Assembly (NCBI GenBank): GCA_964607445.1
Contig: CAZSKN010000009.1
Location: 4,740 to 68,739 of the forward strand
Length of the DNA stretch: 64,000 nucleotides
Direction: 5' to 3'
DNA from: an uncultured Caulobacterales bacterium
GTDB lineage: Bacteria; Pseudomonadota; Alphaproteobacteria; Caulobacterales; Maricaulaceae
Below, piece by piece: positions 1 to 10,335 of this stretch. Below the pieces are notes generated by a model. It was not told the origin of the DNA. It saw only the letters and a list, made by a program, of their open reading frames with translations, and did not search any database. Position numbers and translations under genes: made by a program. How positions within the stretch are numbered: position 1 is the stretch's first letter; each line of letters starts with the position of its first letter.

Positions 1-882
1 CCGCCCGGTGTTGTCAATATGGTGCAAGGCGGACGTGATACGGGCACCGCTGTTCTGCAAAATCCTTTTCTGGACGGGGTTTTATTTACGGGGTCTGCAT
101 CTACGGGCGCTTATATTCATAAATATTTTGGTGGACGTCCGGAGATTATTCTCGCGTTAGAAATGGGCGGCAATAATCCGCTCATTGCGTGGGATACGAC
201 GAATATCGAGGCCTGTGTCAGCCAAATTGCACAATCTGCCTATATGACATCAGGTCAAAGATGTACGTGCGCGCGTAGATTGATCGTGCCTGATGATAAG
301 CGGGGAGAGGATATTATCCACGCCCTGTGTCAATATATAGATCGTATGACAGTCGGGGCTTGGAATGATGACAAATCTGCCTCGCTCGGGCCTGTGGTGA
401 GCGCTGAAACGGGGAGTTTCGTCGTCGCAAAGGCGAATGGCCTTATAGAAAAGGGCGCCACGGTTTTACGTGCCTGTCAACCGACCACACGCGGAGCGGC
501 TTATCTTTCACCCGGTTTATACGATGTCACAGGGTGTGACATTGAAGACACCGAAATTTTCGGGCCCGTGTTACAGCTTATTCGTGTAAAGGATTGGGAG
601 AGCGCCATTGCGCAGGCCAATCGGACACGATTTGGACTCGCGGCTGGCCTTATGTCGGATAAAGTCGAACTTTGGGATGATTTCAAACAGCGTATCCGCG
701 CCGGAGTCGTAAATTTTAATCGCCCGACGACAGGTGCAGCGAGTTTCTTACCATTTGGAGGACCGGGAGCTTCGGGGAATCACAATCCTGGAGCCTATTA
801 TTCGGCTGATTTCTGTGCGTGGCCAATGGCGAGCCAAATTTCTGAAACATTAGATGTTTTACCCCTGCAAGGATTGAAATAA
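1..882 (+). CDS. astD: Succinylglutamate-semialdehyde dehydrogenase (aldehyde dehydrogenase family), C-terminal part; 5' end lies outside the window
   Basis: Frame 1 is open from base 1 (PPGVVNMVQGG matches the ALDH GVvN motif). The catalytic Cys context GQRCTCARRL is present. It is directly coupled to astB through a TAATG overlap. Confidence 0.8.
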   Translation, partial: PPGVVNMVQGGRDTGTAVLQNPFLDGVLFTGSASTGAYIHKYFGGRPEIILALEMGGNNPLIAWDTTNIEACVSQIAQSAYMTSGQRCTCARRLIVPDDKRGEDIIHALCQYIDRMTVGAWNDDKSASLGPVVSAETGSFVVAKANGLIEKGATVLRACQPTTRGAAYLSPGLYDVTGCDIEDTEIFGPVLQLIRVKDWESAIAQANRTRFGLAAGLMSDKVELWDDFKQRIRAGVVNFNRPTTGAASFLPFGGPGASGNHNPGAYYSADFCAWPMASQISETLDVLPLQGLK

Positions 883-2225
883 TGTCCAGAGACACACAGG
901 CTATGGAAGCCAATTTTGATGGCTTGATCGGGCCTACGCATAATTATGGCGGCCTATCTGATGGAAATTTAGCCTCTGCGAAAAATGCGGGTTTAATAGC
1001 CCGCCCTAAAGCGGCGGCTTTGCAAGGCTTGGATAAAATGGAAGCGCTGCATAATGCCGGAATTTGGCAAGGCGTTTTACCACCACAACAACGCCCCCAC
1101 CTCCCGACATTGCGACGTCTCGGATATAGGGGGTCAAATATCGATATTTATTCATCGGTTTGGGAGAAAGACCCGCGTTTGGCAAAGAATATGATGTCGG
1201 CCTCAAGTATGTGGTCGGCAAATGCTGCAACCGTTAGCCCCTCTGCTGATACTCAGGATGCTCGCTTACATCTTACACCGGCTAATCTAACGACAATGTT
1301 GCATCGCTCCATAGAGGATAAGCAAACGCGCCGCGCCCTAAAAGCGGCCCTGCCATTTGCCAGAGTACATAAGGCGTTGCCCCATCGCTCCGTATTTGCA
1401 GATGAAGGCGCGGCCAACCATGTGCGGCTTTGTGCGGAGCGTGGGCAAGCCGGGGTGGAGCTATTTGTTTATGGTCGGGATGGGTATGCTGGCACGCAGG
1501 GCAAATTTCCGGCACGACAAACCCTGCAAGCGTCTCACACTATTGCCCGTAACCACCGCTTGCATACGGCTCAAACGGTTTTCGCGCGTCAATCGCAAAC
1601 GGCGATTGATCATGGCGCGTTTCATAATGATGTGGTCTGTGTCGGAGCTTTGGATTGTTTATTTTATCATGAGCTTGCATTTGCAGATACGGCAAAGTTG
1701 CAACTCGATATTAGAACCGCCGCCCAAGGTAAATTTTCACCGCAATTTATCGAGGTTTCATCCGCAGATGTACCTCTTAAGGACGCAATTTCAGCGTATT
1801 TGTTTAACTCTATGCTCGTAAAAATTCCGGGTGAGGCGCGGTTGACTTTGATCGCGCCTATGGAAACGAAGGAAAATGCAAAGACGAAAGCCTATTGTTC
1901 TAAGTTGATTTCAGGCAACGGGCCAATTGGTTCTGTGCACTATGTGGATGTTCGGCAATCTATGAAAAATGGTGGCGGCCCCGCGTGTTTACGCTTGCGG
2001 ATTACGCTGACACCGGATGAATGGGCACAGGTAAATCCAAAGATGAAGATCGACACGGCGTCACTGACACGATTACGGTCTTGGGTGAATAAGCATTACC
2101 GTGAAGATTTGGCGCCAAAAGATTTGAAAGATCCGGCTTTAATGCTCGAAAGTTTCACAGCTTTGGATGCGTTATCAGCTATTCTAGATCTTGGGTCAGA
2201 TTTTTATCCGTTTCAGCGAAATTAG
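882..2225 (+). CDS. astB: N-succinylarginine dihydrolase
   Basis: 447 aa with the hallmark N-terminus NFDGLIGPTHNYGGLSDGNLAS and C-terminal NGGGPACLRLR. It sits adjacent to astD. Confidence 0.9.
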   Translation: MSRDTQAMEANFDGLIGPTHNYGGLSDGNLASAKNAGLIARPKAAALQGLDKMEALHNAGIWQGVLPPQQRPHLPTLRRLGYRGSNIDIYSSVWEKDPRLAKNMMSASSMWSANAATVSPSADTQDARLHLTPANLTTMLHRSIEDKQTRRALKAALPFARVHKALPHRSVFADEGAANHVRLCAERGQAGVELFVYGRDGYAGTQGKFPARQTLQASHTIARNHRLHTAQTVFARQSQTAIDHGAFHNDVVCVGALDCLFYHELAFADTAKLQLDIRTAAQGKFSPQFIEVSSADVPLKDAISAYLFNSMLVKIPGEARLTLIAPMETKENAKTKAYCSKLISGNGPIGSVHYVDVRQSMKNGGGPACLRLRITLTPDEWAQVNPKMKIDTASLTRLRSWVNKHYREDLAPKDLKDPALMLESFTALDALSAILDLGSDFYPFQRN

Positions 2226-2283
2226 ATAACAGATTACAATCAGGATGAAGATCGAAAGTGCAATCGTTTTAACGCTCTGAGGT

Positions 2284-4449
2284 CTAGGGTTTTATCGTCT
2301 GGGATTTTAGTGTGTTCATTTTATCGCGGAGCCGGGCAGCCTCTTCGAATTCGAGATTTTCAGCCGCAATAAACATTTGTTTTTCAAGGTCGGCTAAAAC
2401 CGTTTGCAGGTTTTGTCCAATGTAAGGCTCGCGGGCCTCTTCGAAAATGCCGCGAGCAGGCCGTCCGACTTTTCCGCCTTTTCCTGTCGATTTTTTGAGA
2501 CGGCCAGACGGGGTATATTGTGCAGCTTCGTCTTTAATTTCCTTTGCGGCTTCTGAATCTCCGACCAGATCAATAACACCGCGTGCGACGGTTATCGGTG
2601 TAATACCGTGGTTTTCATTATGTGCTATTTGGCGATTGCGACGACGATCTGTTTCGTCCATAGCGCGTTGCATAGAGCCCGTAATTTTATCGGCATATAG
2701 TACAACATGGGCTTCGGAGTTTCGCGCAGCGCGACCAATGGTTTGAACAAGCGAGGTTTCCGAGCGTAAAAATCCTTCCTTATCGGCATCAAGAATTCCA
2801 ACAAAGGCGCATTCGGGAATATCCAGCCCTTCGCGTAATAAATTGATCCCGATAAGGACGTCGAAAACGCCCAGCCGCAGATCACGAATAATCTCAATAC
2901 GTTCCAATGTGTCAATATCACTGTGCATATAGCGCACACGGATGCCCTGATCGTGCATATACTCTGTGAGGTCTTCGGCCATTTTTTTTGTCAATGTCGT
3001 GACCAGAGAGCGAAACCCTCTATCCGCGGTCTTGCGGACTTCATCGATCACATCATCAACCTGAGAGGCACCGTCTTTGGCTACAGGGCGGACTTCGACA
3101 ACCGGATCAATTAAGCCCGTGGGTCGGATGACCTGTTCAACAAATACCCCCGCGGTCTGTTCTAATTCCCACTTTGCAGGCGTCGCCGAAACATAGATGG
3201 TTTGTGGACGCATGGCGTTCCATTCTTCGAATTTCAGTGGCCGGTTATCAATACAGGAAGGCAGCCGAAACCCGTGTTCTGATAATGTCGATTTTCTATT
3301 TAAATCGCCCCGGCTCATCCCGCCAATTTGCGAGACCGATACATGGCTCTCATCCATGAATAAAAGGGCATTTTCAGGGAGATATTCAAATAAGGTCGGA
3401 GGAGGATCTCCCGGGGCGCGACCTGTCAGGTAGCGGGAATAATTTTCAATGCCCGTACAAAACCCTTGCGCCGCCATCATTTCAAGATCGAATTCTGTGC
3501 GCTGACTTAGGCGTTGAGCTTCAAGGAATTTTTGTTCTTTATCATAGATGGAGAGCTGCTCTTTAAGCTCTTGCTTTATACCCTTGATTGCGGACTGAAG
3601 CGTCGGCCTGGGCGTGACGTAATGGGAATTGGCATAAATGCGTACAGTATCAAGCTTATGAACGGATTTCCCTGTGAGCGGATCAAAGGCTGTAATACTG
3701 TCAATTTCGTCTCCAAAAAAATCAAACCGCCAAGCGGTATCATCATAATGAGCTGGAAAAATTTCTATAGTATCTCCGCGCACACGAAACGTCCCCCGCG
3801 TAAAAGCCAGATCATTGCGGCCATATTGTAATGTAACCAGTTGTGACATCAATTCGCGGGGGTCAATGGTTTGCCCTTTGGAGAGATCAACCGTCATGGC
3901 CGTATAGGTTTCAACGGACCCAATACCATATATGCAAGAAACAGAGGCGACAATTATACAATCATCGCGTTCTAATATCGCCCGCGTAGCAGAGTGGCGC
4001 ATGCGATCAATCTGTTCATTCACCGAGCTATCTTTTTCTATAAATGTATCTGTACGAGGTACATAGGCTTCGGGCTGGTAATAATCGTAATAGGAAACGA
4101 AATACTCAACTGCATTATCCGGGAAAAAGTTTTTAAATTCGCCGTAAAGTTGGGCCGCTAGCGTTTTATTAGGCGCCATGATTAAGGCGGGTCTTTGGGT
4201 CTGTTCAATGATCTTGGCCATTGTAAATGTTTTACCTGAACCCGTTACACCTAATAAAACCTGATCACGTTCAATAGAGTTTAATCCCGCACAAAGCTCT
4301 TCTATGGCGGTGGGTTGATCGCCTTTGGGTTCAAATTCAGACACAAGACGGAAGTGTTTTCCACCTTCCGATTTATCGGGACGGCATGGGCGATGGGGTT
4401 GCCATAAAACAGGCGCTTCACCTATTTCATTATGTGATGTGATTGGCAT
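2284..4449 (-). CDS. uvrB: Excinuclease ABC subunit B
   Basis: 721 aa with Walker [11 protein letters not shown], helicase motifs, and a C-terminal UVR domain ([11 protein letters not shown]). Confidence 0.97.
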   Translation of the reverse strand: MPITSHNEIGEAPVLWQPHRPCRPDKSEGGKHFRLVSEFEPKGDQPTAIEELCAGLNSIERDQVLLGVTGSGKTFTMAKIIEQTQRPALIMAPNKTLAAQLYGEFKNFFPDNAVEYFVSYYDYYQPEAYVPRTDTFIEKDSSVNEQIDRMRHSATRAILERDDCIIVASVSCIYGIGSVETYTAMTVDLSKGQTIDPRELMSQLVTLQYGRNDLAFTRGTFRVRGDTIEIFPAHYDDTAWRFDFFGDEIDSITAFDPLTGKSVHKLDTVRIYANSHYVTPRPTLQSAIKGIKQELKEQLSIYDKEQKFLEAQRLSQRTEFDLEMMAAQGFCTGIENYSRYLTGRAPGDPPPTLFEYLPENALLFMDESHVSVSQIGGMSRGDLNRKSTLSEHGFRLPSCIDNRPLKFEEWNAMRPQTIYVSATPAKWELEQTAGVFVEQVIRPTGLIDPVVEVRPVAKDGASQVDDVIDEVRKTADRGFRSLVTTLTKKMAEDLTEYMHDQGIRVRYMHSDIDTLERIEIIRDLRLGVFDVLIGINLLREGLDIPECAFVGILDADKEGFLRSETSLVQTIGRAARNSEAHVVLYADKITGSMQRAMDETDRRRNRQIAHNENHGITPITVARGVIDLVGDSEAAKEIKDEAAQYTPSGRLKKSTGKGGKVGRPARGIFEEAREPYIGQNLQTVLADLEKQMFIAAENLEFEEAARLRDKMNTLKSQTIKP

Positions 4450-4575
4450 GGCTGTAATCTAGGCGGCATAAGATGAAATTCAAGTGGTAATGGCGATCAT
4501 CTTTTCAATATCGTCATTTAATATTAATAATACTTCTGAGTAAATTTTTAGAAAATTGCTCATATAAAGGCTCGG

Positions 4576-5502
4576 ATGAAAGGTCAATTTATGCACTTTC
4601 GAGTATGTAATATATCATCTTTGATGAGGTATCTGGAACGTAATATTGCTAAACTCGCAATATTAACGACGGCGGCTGCCATTGGAACTACGGTATCCGC
4701 TTCGGTTATCGATCGACCTTTTTTGCAAACATCTTCCGTCGTTATTGTTTTCGGAGGGTCTGATTTTGCCGAGAACGGCGGTGAAGCCCCGGTTGTTTTT
4801 GATTTTAATGTTTTGGATGGTGCTACGTCGAATGAAGCCGCTCCAGATATTATCGGGCTTAATGGGCGTACAGTTAATTTTAACACAGGACAGTTCAATC
4901 CTATACAAAGCGGTGCTGAATCCGGGCAAGAGTTTGAAGTGTTAGACGCAACATTTGGGGGTGAATTCAACAGTGTGGGCCCACACCAAACCTTAGATGC
5001 GAACGATAGCTATAATGCTTTTGGATTAGATGATGATACGGATATTGATCTTTTGGGTAATGGTGCGCGCGCATCCAGGTTTTTTGTCGCATCAAATACG
5101 GCATTTGATATTTTTGGAGAAGCACAAAATTTAGAAACTTCCGGAGATTTCGAAGGCTTGGATTATAGCAATATCCGGTTCCGCCTGCGCGTGCAAACCA
5201 CAGGTGGATCGGGTGTAAACAGATGGGGACGTAGCGCACAAGATCCGTCTTTGGGAGGAAGTGGTGTCGTTATTGGGCAAACCAATGCCTTTACCCTTGA
5301 AGACCTTGCGAGCGGGCCCGTGAAAGTTTTTGATGGCGGGCGACGTACAGCCAGAACGCGCGGGTCAATTTTCGATCACTCCGTAAGTTTTCAATCGCGT
5401 TATAATCTTATCGGGTCTGCCATTAATGGTAGTAATTACGATTTTTCACAAGGTATTGGCGGTATTGGGGCGGACGTTGTGTATACTATTTATACACCGT
5501 AA
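4576..5502 (+). CDS. Hypothetical secreted protein, acidic and Gly/Asp/Asn/Ser-rich; no family recognised
   Basis: 308-aa ORF with a signal-peptide-like segment (IAKLAILTTAAAIGTTVSASV). The start is ambiguous (ATG 4576, 4591 or 4624). No motif I can assign. Confidence 0.5.
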   Translation: MKGQFMHFRVCNISSLMRYLERNIAKLAILTTAAAIGTTVSASVIDRPFLQTSSVVIVFGGSDFAENGGEAPVVFDFNVLDGATSNEAAPDIIGLNGRTVNFNTGQFNPIQSGAESGQEFEVLDATFGGEFNSVGPHQTLDANDSYNAFGLDDDTDIDLLGNGARASRFFVASNTAFDIFGEAQNLETSGDFEGLDYSNIRFRLRVQTTGGSGVNRWGRSAQDPSLGGSGVVIGQTNAFTLEDLASGPVKVFDGGRRTARTRGSIFDHSVSFQSRYNLIGSAINGSNYDFSQGIGGIGADVVYTIYTP

Positions 5503-5529
5503 CACCCGTTAAGATTACCGGAATTGAGT

Positions 5530-6753
5530 TTAAAAATCCGATGTTAATTTATAAATTTCTACTTGATCGCCGGCTTTACGTTTAGTTGCTCTTGGCTGTT
5601 GTCGTATTAAGGCATTGGCTTGGGTGAAGGGGGTTAATAGCGAACTGTCTTGCCGGGCTAGGGGGGTTACGACGAGTTGAGCCTTTTTCGAAATTGTGTA
5701 GCGGGCCCGATGGTAGGTTTCGCGCGGGCCATTTGTCCCGAGATCTTGATCGAGTATGGCGGGGATCAATAAAGGTGTTGCACAGGACGTTCCGGTGAGC
5801 GCCTTAATCAAGGGACGTAAGAATAAATGGGCGCAGACGAGTCCAGAGGCCGGATTCCCCGGTAGGCCCAAAACCCGCGATAAATGAGTCTGGACGTGCT
5901 TATGTGCAAACCATGTAGGCTTTCCGGGTTTAACGGCAATTTTTTCAAAATCCGTAATATATCCAGCCGCCCTAAATGCCGCCTTTACGAGATCGAAATC
6001 CCCGACAGAGGCACCGCCAAGCGGCACAATAATATCGCATTGAGTGAGGCGTGAAATAACATTTGCCAAATCAGATTTATTATCAGGAATAATACCAAAA
6101 AATTCCGGCTCTGCCCCCCACGCCTCAATAAGGGCATGAATAGCAAAGGGGGTGGAGCTTATAATTTGCCCCGCATGAAGGGGCGTGCCTACGGGCTTTA
6201 ATTCGTCCCCATTTGCGAAATACCCGACCTTAGGACGTCGAGCGATGGGAACTGTTTCGATGTTGGCCGCGGCTAAAGCACTCAAATGTATCGGGCCTAA
6301 GCGCGTACCTTTTGTAAATAAAGTCTCTCCGGACATAAAATCAATTCCGGCCTTACGAATATGCGCCGGCGGATATTGGGTATTCGTAATCGTAATGGTG
6401 TCTTTATCCTTGGATACATCTTCTTGGATGACAACATGGTCGGCGCCGTCCGGCATGATGCTGCCTGTAAACAGGCGCAGGGCTTGGCCCGCGTAAACCT
6501 TGCCGGCAAACATATGGCCGGCGGGTGCTGAGCCAATGATCTTCAGCTTGCGACCCTCTATAGCGTCTTCTGAGCGTATGGCATAACCGTCCATGGCTGA
6601 AGCCGTAAACGGCGGTTGTGATAGACAGGCTTTCACATCCTTGGACAGCGTGCGTCCATAAGCGGCCATAAGCGGTACATTATCCTGCGAAATTGGAGTG
6701 GCCGTACTCAGAATATGCGCGCGAGCGCTATCTACGGAGATAAGATCAGCCAT
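5530..6753 (-). CDS. moeA: Molybdopterin molybdenumtransferase
   Basis: 407 aa with MoeA-like domain layout (SAMDGYA, GGASVGDFD). It is the last gene of the moa cluster. Confidence 0.9.
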   Translation of the reverse strand: MADLISVDSARAHILSTATPISQDNVPLMAAYGRTLSKDVKACLSQPPFTASAMDGYAIRSEDAIEGRKLKIIGSAPAGHMFAGKVYAGQALRLFTGSIMPDGADHVVIQEDVSKDKDTITITNTQYPPAHIRKAGIDFMSGETLFTKGTRLGPIHLSALAAANIETVPIARRPKVGYFANGDELKPVGTPLHAGQIISSTPFAIHALIEAWGAEPEFFGIIPDNKSDLANVISRLTQCDIIVPLGGASVGDFDLVKAAFRAAGYITDFEKIAVKPGKPTWFAHKHVQTHLSRVLGLPGNPASGLVCAHLFLRPLIKALTGTSCATPLLIPAILDQDLGTNGPRETYHRARYTISKKAQLVVTPLARQDSSLLTPFTQANALIRQQPRATKRKAGDQVEIYKLTSDF

Positions 6754-6754
6754 T

Positions 6755-7234
6755 TTAGGTCGATTTCATATAGGTGCCAGATTTTCCGCCCGTTTTTTCA
6801 AGGAGTTCAATCGGGCCGATAACCATAGATTTATCTGCGGCCTTAAGCATATCGTATAATGTCAGGCAGGCGACAGAAACGGCGGTTAAAGCTTCCATTT
6901 CTATACCCGTTTGTCCGTTAGTTTTTACCTTGGCTGTGACGGTAATATTGGTATCGGAACTTACCTCGATATTGAGCTTGGCTGAAGTGATGGGTAAGGG
7001 ATGACACAGGGGAATTAAGTCGGCTGTGCGTTTCGTCGCCATAACACCGGCGATTTCCGCAACCGTCAAAACGTCGCCTTTTTTGGCGGTGCCTGTGCGG
7101 ATTAAGGTAATGGTATCGGATGAGGCCGTTAACCGTCCCTGCGCTACCGCGATACGGTGCGTGATAGGCTTTGTCCCGACATCGACCATATTCACGCGTC
7201 CATCTTTATCGATATGAGTGAGTTCACCTGACAT
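6755..7234 (-). CDS. moaC: Cyclic pyranopterin monophosphate synthase accessory protein
   Basis: 159 aa with LTHIDKDGRVNMVDVGTK and LIPLCHPL motifs typical of MoaC. Confidence 0.93.
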   Translation of the reverse strand: MSGELTHIDKDGRVNMVDVGTKPITHRIAVAQGRLTASSDTITLIRTGTAKKGDVLTVAEIAGVMATKRTADLIPLCHPLPITSAKLNIEVSSDTNITVTAKVKTNGQTGIEMEALTAVSVACLTLYDMLKAADKSMVIGPIELLEKTGGKSGTYMKST

Positions 7235-7238
7235 TTAT

Positions 7239-7772
7239 TTAGCTTTCTAGAAGTCGGGGCATCAGTTCGACCATATTACAGGGCTTATGACGGCTATCGA
7301 GTTGGGCGGCGATAACTTTATCCCACCCGTCTTTTACGGCTCCGTTCGAACCGGGAAGGGCGAAGATAAATGTACCATTGGCCAGACCCGCAACGGCTCG
7401 GGATTGCAAGGTTGATACCCCGACGGATTGAAAGCTGACCTGATGAAAGATCACAGAAAATCCATCTATAGTTTTGTCAAATAATGGGGCAATGGCTTCT
7501 GGGGTTATATCACGCCCCGTCAGCCCTGTCCCGCCGGTTGAAATCACCACATCGACGTCTGAAGCGTCGATCCAGCTTTTTACAATCTTTCGCACCTTTG
7601 GAATATCGTCACGGACGATTGAACGATCCGTAAGTATATGTCCTGCGGTTTCAAGGCGCTGAACAAGGAGATCGCCTGATGTATCATTTTCCAGAGTGCG
7701 CGTATCGCTTACCGTGAGAATAGCTATTCTTACGGGCGTAAATATTAGATCGTCTTGTATGCCGTGGGTCAT
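7239..7772 (-). CDS. moaB: Molybdenum cofactor biosynthesis protein B (MoaB/Mog family)
   Basis: 177 aa with VRIAILTVSDTR and TGGTGLTGRD motifs. Confidence 0.85.
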   Translation of the reverse strand: MTHGIQDDLIFTPVRIAILTVSDTRTLENDTSGDLLVQRLETAGHILTDRSIVRDDIPKVRKIVKSWIDASDVDVVISTGGTGLTGRDITPEAIAPLFDKTIDGFSVIFHQVSFQSVGVSTLQSRAVAGLANGTFIFALPGSNGAVKDGWDKVIAAQLDSRHKPCNMVELMPRLLES

Positions 7773-7831
7773 AGCGTATCATTTCTAGGCGGTTATTCTG
7801 ATTGGCGTTATTACCAGTATGGCGCCAGCCC

Positions 7832-8287
7832 TTACCAGCTCTGGCGAGCCTGTTTATCGCTCTCTTTGGGTTCAATCCAGTGGGAACCGTCCGCTCGCAC
7901 TTCTTTTTTCCAAAATGGTGCATCTGTTTTAAGGTAGTCCATAAGAAAGCTGGCAGCCTCAAAAGCCGTTGCACGGTGCGGGCTGGCGATGGCGACAAAG
8001 ACAATAGGCTCACCGGGAGAGAGGTCTCCGTAACGGTGAATGATAAGGCTGCGGATACCGGGCCATCGCGCACAGGCTTGCTGCTCAATCGCTTCAATCT
8101 GGCCTTGGGTATATCCGGGATAATGTTCCAGATGTAAAGTTGTGACAGATACAGGATTTGAAATATGACAGGCATTGTCTCTAACATGCCCCGTAAAGCT
8201 GACGACCGCGCCCATATCGGTATGTGAGCGGGTGAAGCCATTAAGTTCGGCGCCAGGATCAAAGATATCAGACTGAACCCGAATCAC
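7832..8287 (-). CDS. moaE: Molybdopterin synthase catalytic subunit
   Basis: 151 aa with FTGHVRD and LEHYPG motifs. Its GTG start overlaps the moaD stop (TAGTG). Confidence 0.9.
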   Translation of the reverse strand: MIRVQSDIFDPGAELNGFTRSHTDMGAVVSFTGHVRDNACHISNPVSVTTLHLEHYPGYTQGQIEAIEQQACARWPGIRSLIIHRYGDLSPGEPIVFVAIASPHRATAFEAASFLMDYLKTDAPFWKKEVRADGSHWIEPKESDKQARQSW

Positions 8288-8538
8288 TAGCCGCCACTCA
8301 GCGGGGGTAAAAAAGCTAACTCTTGGGCGTTGGAGAGGTCACCGTCATCAACCGCGATCTCATTATTAATAATTATGCGTACTGTCGGCGCGTTCAAGGC
8401 TTCGGACATATGGGTATTGCCCTGCGCCAGAAAATCTACCAATGCCGCTCGTGTGCTTATAGAAGCGGGAAGGTCTATTTCTGTCTGCCCATAACCCATA
8501 AGGTCTTTCAAGGGGCCGAAAAACATGAGTTTAACCAT
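8287..8538 (-). CDS. moaD: Molybdopterin synthase sulfur carrier subunit
   Basis: 83 aa with a ThiS/MoaD fold signature and a C-terminal Gly-Gly. It is the first gene of the moa operon. Confidence 0.88.
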   Translation of the reverse strand: MVKLMFFGPLKDLMGYGQTEIDLPASISTRAALVDFLAQGNTHMSEALNAPTVRIIINNEIAVDDGDLSNAQELAFLPPLSGG

Positions 8539-8761
8539 GATGATCCTATTTCGTTAAGACGTAAGTTTAACGCGCAAAGCCGTAAATTGGAAGACTTTGA
8601 TGAGGGTTTGTTTCGCGTGACTATATTATTGTGTATAAAGCGACAGGCTTGACAAGATTTCCATTGCATTCATGTGGTCATCTCTCTAGGTTCCCGCCCG
8701 ATTGTGGGGCAAGTTAAGGTGAGTCCATTTGGGCTGAAAGAAACGCGGACGAAGAACTGAT

Positions 8762-9133
8762 ATGTCAGAATTCTTACTCGGATATCTTCCTGTAGTAATC
8801 CTTTTTGGTTTGGCGTTGGGCTTGAGTCTCGCTTTGCTTCTAGGTGCCAAGATATTTGCCCCCGCCAGCGCAGACGCCGAGAAAGTCTCGACATATGAGT
8901 GTGGGTTTAATGCTTTTGACGATTCACGTATGAAATTTGATGTGCAATTTTATCTGGTTGCTATTCTATTTATTATTTTTGATATCGAAATTATTTTTCT
9001 GTTTCCATGGGCTATAGCTATTGGTGAGGGGACTATGAGTATTTATGGGTGGGCTATTGGAATGTTATTCTTGGCAGAACTCGTGGCCGGACTTTATTAC
9101 GCCTGGAAAAAGGGCGCTCTGGACTGGAATTAG
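8762..9133 (+). CDS. nuoA: NADH-quinone oxidoreductase subunit A
   Basis: 123 aa with three TM segments and the YECGF motif. It is the first gene of the nuo operon. Confidence 0.95.
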   Translation: MSEFLLGYLPVVILFGLALGLSLALLLGAKIFAPASADAEKVSTYECGFNAFDDSRMKFDVQFYLVAILFIIFDIEIIFLFPWAIAIGEGTMSIYGWAIGMLFLAELVAGLYYAWKKGALDWN

Positions 9134-9142
9134 GAGGGCGCA

Positions 9143-9724
9143 ATGTCAAACCTTATAACACCTGCCAATATAACGCCCTCGGGACAATCGGCCCGGGATA
9201 TGGGTACACCCGCCTATGACCCTAAAAAACATGATCCGTTTTTTGATGGTCTTTCAAATCAACTGGCCGATAAAGGCTTTATTACTGCTGCATCCGATGA
9301 CCTTGTAACATGGGCCCGAACAGGCTCTCTTATGTGGATGACATTTGGTTTGGCCTGTTGCGCGGTCGAAATGATGCAAGCCTCGATGCCGCGCTATGAT
9401 CTTGAGCGCTTTGGCTTTGCTCCGCGCGCTTCCCCGCGTCAAAGCGATGTCATGATCGTCGCCGGAACCCTGACGAACAAGATGGCCCCGGCTCTGCGTA
9501 AAGTGTATGATCAAATGCCGTTTCCACGTTACGTCATTTCGATGGGCTCATGTGCGAATGGGGGAGGTTATTATCATTACTCCTATGCTGTTGTACGTGG
9601 ATGTGATCGTATTGTTCCTGTTGATATTTACGTGCCGGGCTGTCCACCAACCGCCGAAGCCTTGGTCTACGGAATTCTTCAGCTCCAGAAGAAAATTCGC
9701 CGTGAAGGGACGATTGAGCGCTAA
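9143..9724 (+). CDS. nuoB: NADH-quinone oxidoreductase subunit B
   Basis: 193 aa with GLACCAVEM and CPPT cluster N2 ligand motifs. Confidence 0.97.
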   Translation: MSNLITPANITPSGQSARDMGTPAYDPKKHDPFFDGLSNQLADKGFITAASDDLVTWARTGSLMWMTFGLACCAVEMMQASMPRYDLERFGFAPRASPRQSDVMIVAGTLTNKMAPALRKVYDQMPFPRYVISMGSCANGGGYYHYSYAVVRGCDRIVPVDIYVPGCPPTAEALVYGILQLQKKIRREGTIER

Positions 9725-10335
9725 TGGAAGATCTAAAAAGCCATATAGCAAATCAAATGGGCGACGCTGTTAAGGCCATCACCTTTGCAAATGATGAAAT
9801 GTGCCTTGAAGCGCGTCGTGCAGAAGTTCTGAAAGTTATCGGCTTTTTACGGGACGACCCTTTGTGCAAATTTTCTAGCTTGATTGATATTTGCGGGGTT
9901 GACTACCCTAACCGCGAGCGCCGTTTTGATGTGGTCTACCACTTGTTGTCCATGGGCCATAATATGCGCATTCGTGTTAAAGTTACGACAGATGAGGCCG
10001 TCGCTGTGCATTCTGTTGTCAGCTTGTTTCCAAATGCCAATTGGTATGAACGCGAAGCTTTTGACATGTACGGCATAATTTTTGACGAACATCCTGATCT
10101 ACGTCGTATTTTGACAGATTACGGCTTTGAAGGCTATCCCTTGCGTAAGGATTTCCCTCTCTCCGGCTTTGTCGAAGTTCGGTATGACGAAGAACGTAAA
10201 TCCGTTGTCTATGAGCCTGTGAACTTGCCCCAAGAATATCGCAGCTTTGATTTCATGTCCCCATGGGAAGGTGCGAAATATATCCTCCCGGGCGATGAGA
10301 AAGCCAATGACAAGAAGAATGAGGCTTCGAAATAA
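9724..10335 (+). CDS. nuoC: NADH-quinone oxidoreductase subunit C
   Basis: 203 aa with the [12 protein letters not shown] motif. Confidence 0.96.
   Translation: MEDLKSHIANQMGDAVKAITFANDEMCLEARRAEVLKVIGFLRDDPLCKFSSLIDICGVDYPNRERRFDVVYHLLSMGHNMRIRVKVTTDEAVAVHSVVSLFPNANWYEREAFDMYGIIFDEHPDLRRILTDYGFEGYPLRKDFPLSGFVEVRYDEERKSVVYEPVNLPQEYRSFDFMSPWEGAKYILPGDEKANDKKNEASK

Noticed and set aside
4450-4575. Expected SOS box upstream of uvrB.
   Set aside because: There is no GTTC-N7-GTTC or GAAC-N7-GAAC in the 126-bp region, so no LexA site is called.
7684-8262. 192-aa minus-strand ORF overlapping moaE and the moaB start in another frame.
   Set aside because: moaE (7832-8287) has clear family motifs in its own frame. 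The alternative frame has no recognisable features.
8539-8761. Possible Moco riboswitch upstream of moaD, or a structured nuoA leader or promoter (TTGACA at 8649-8654).
   Set aside because: The minus-strand leader lacks the conserved Moco-motif elements I remember (CCUCCGAG-type segment). The TTGACA has only a poor -10 (ATGTGG) at 16-17 nt. The evidence is too weak to call.
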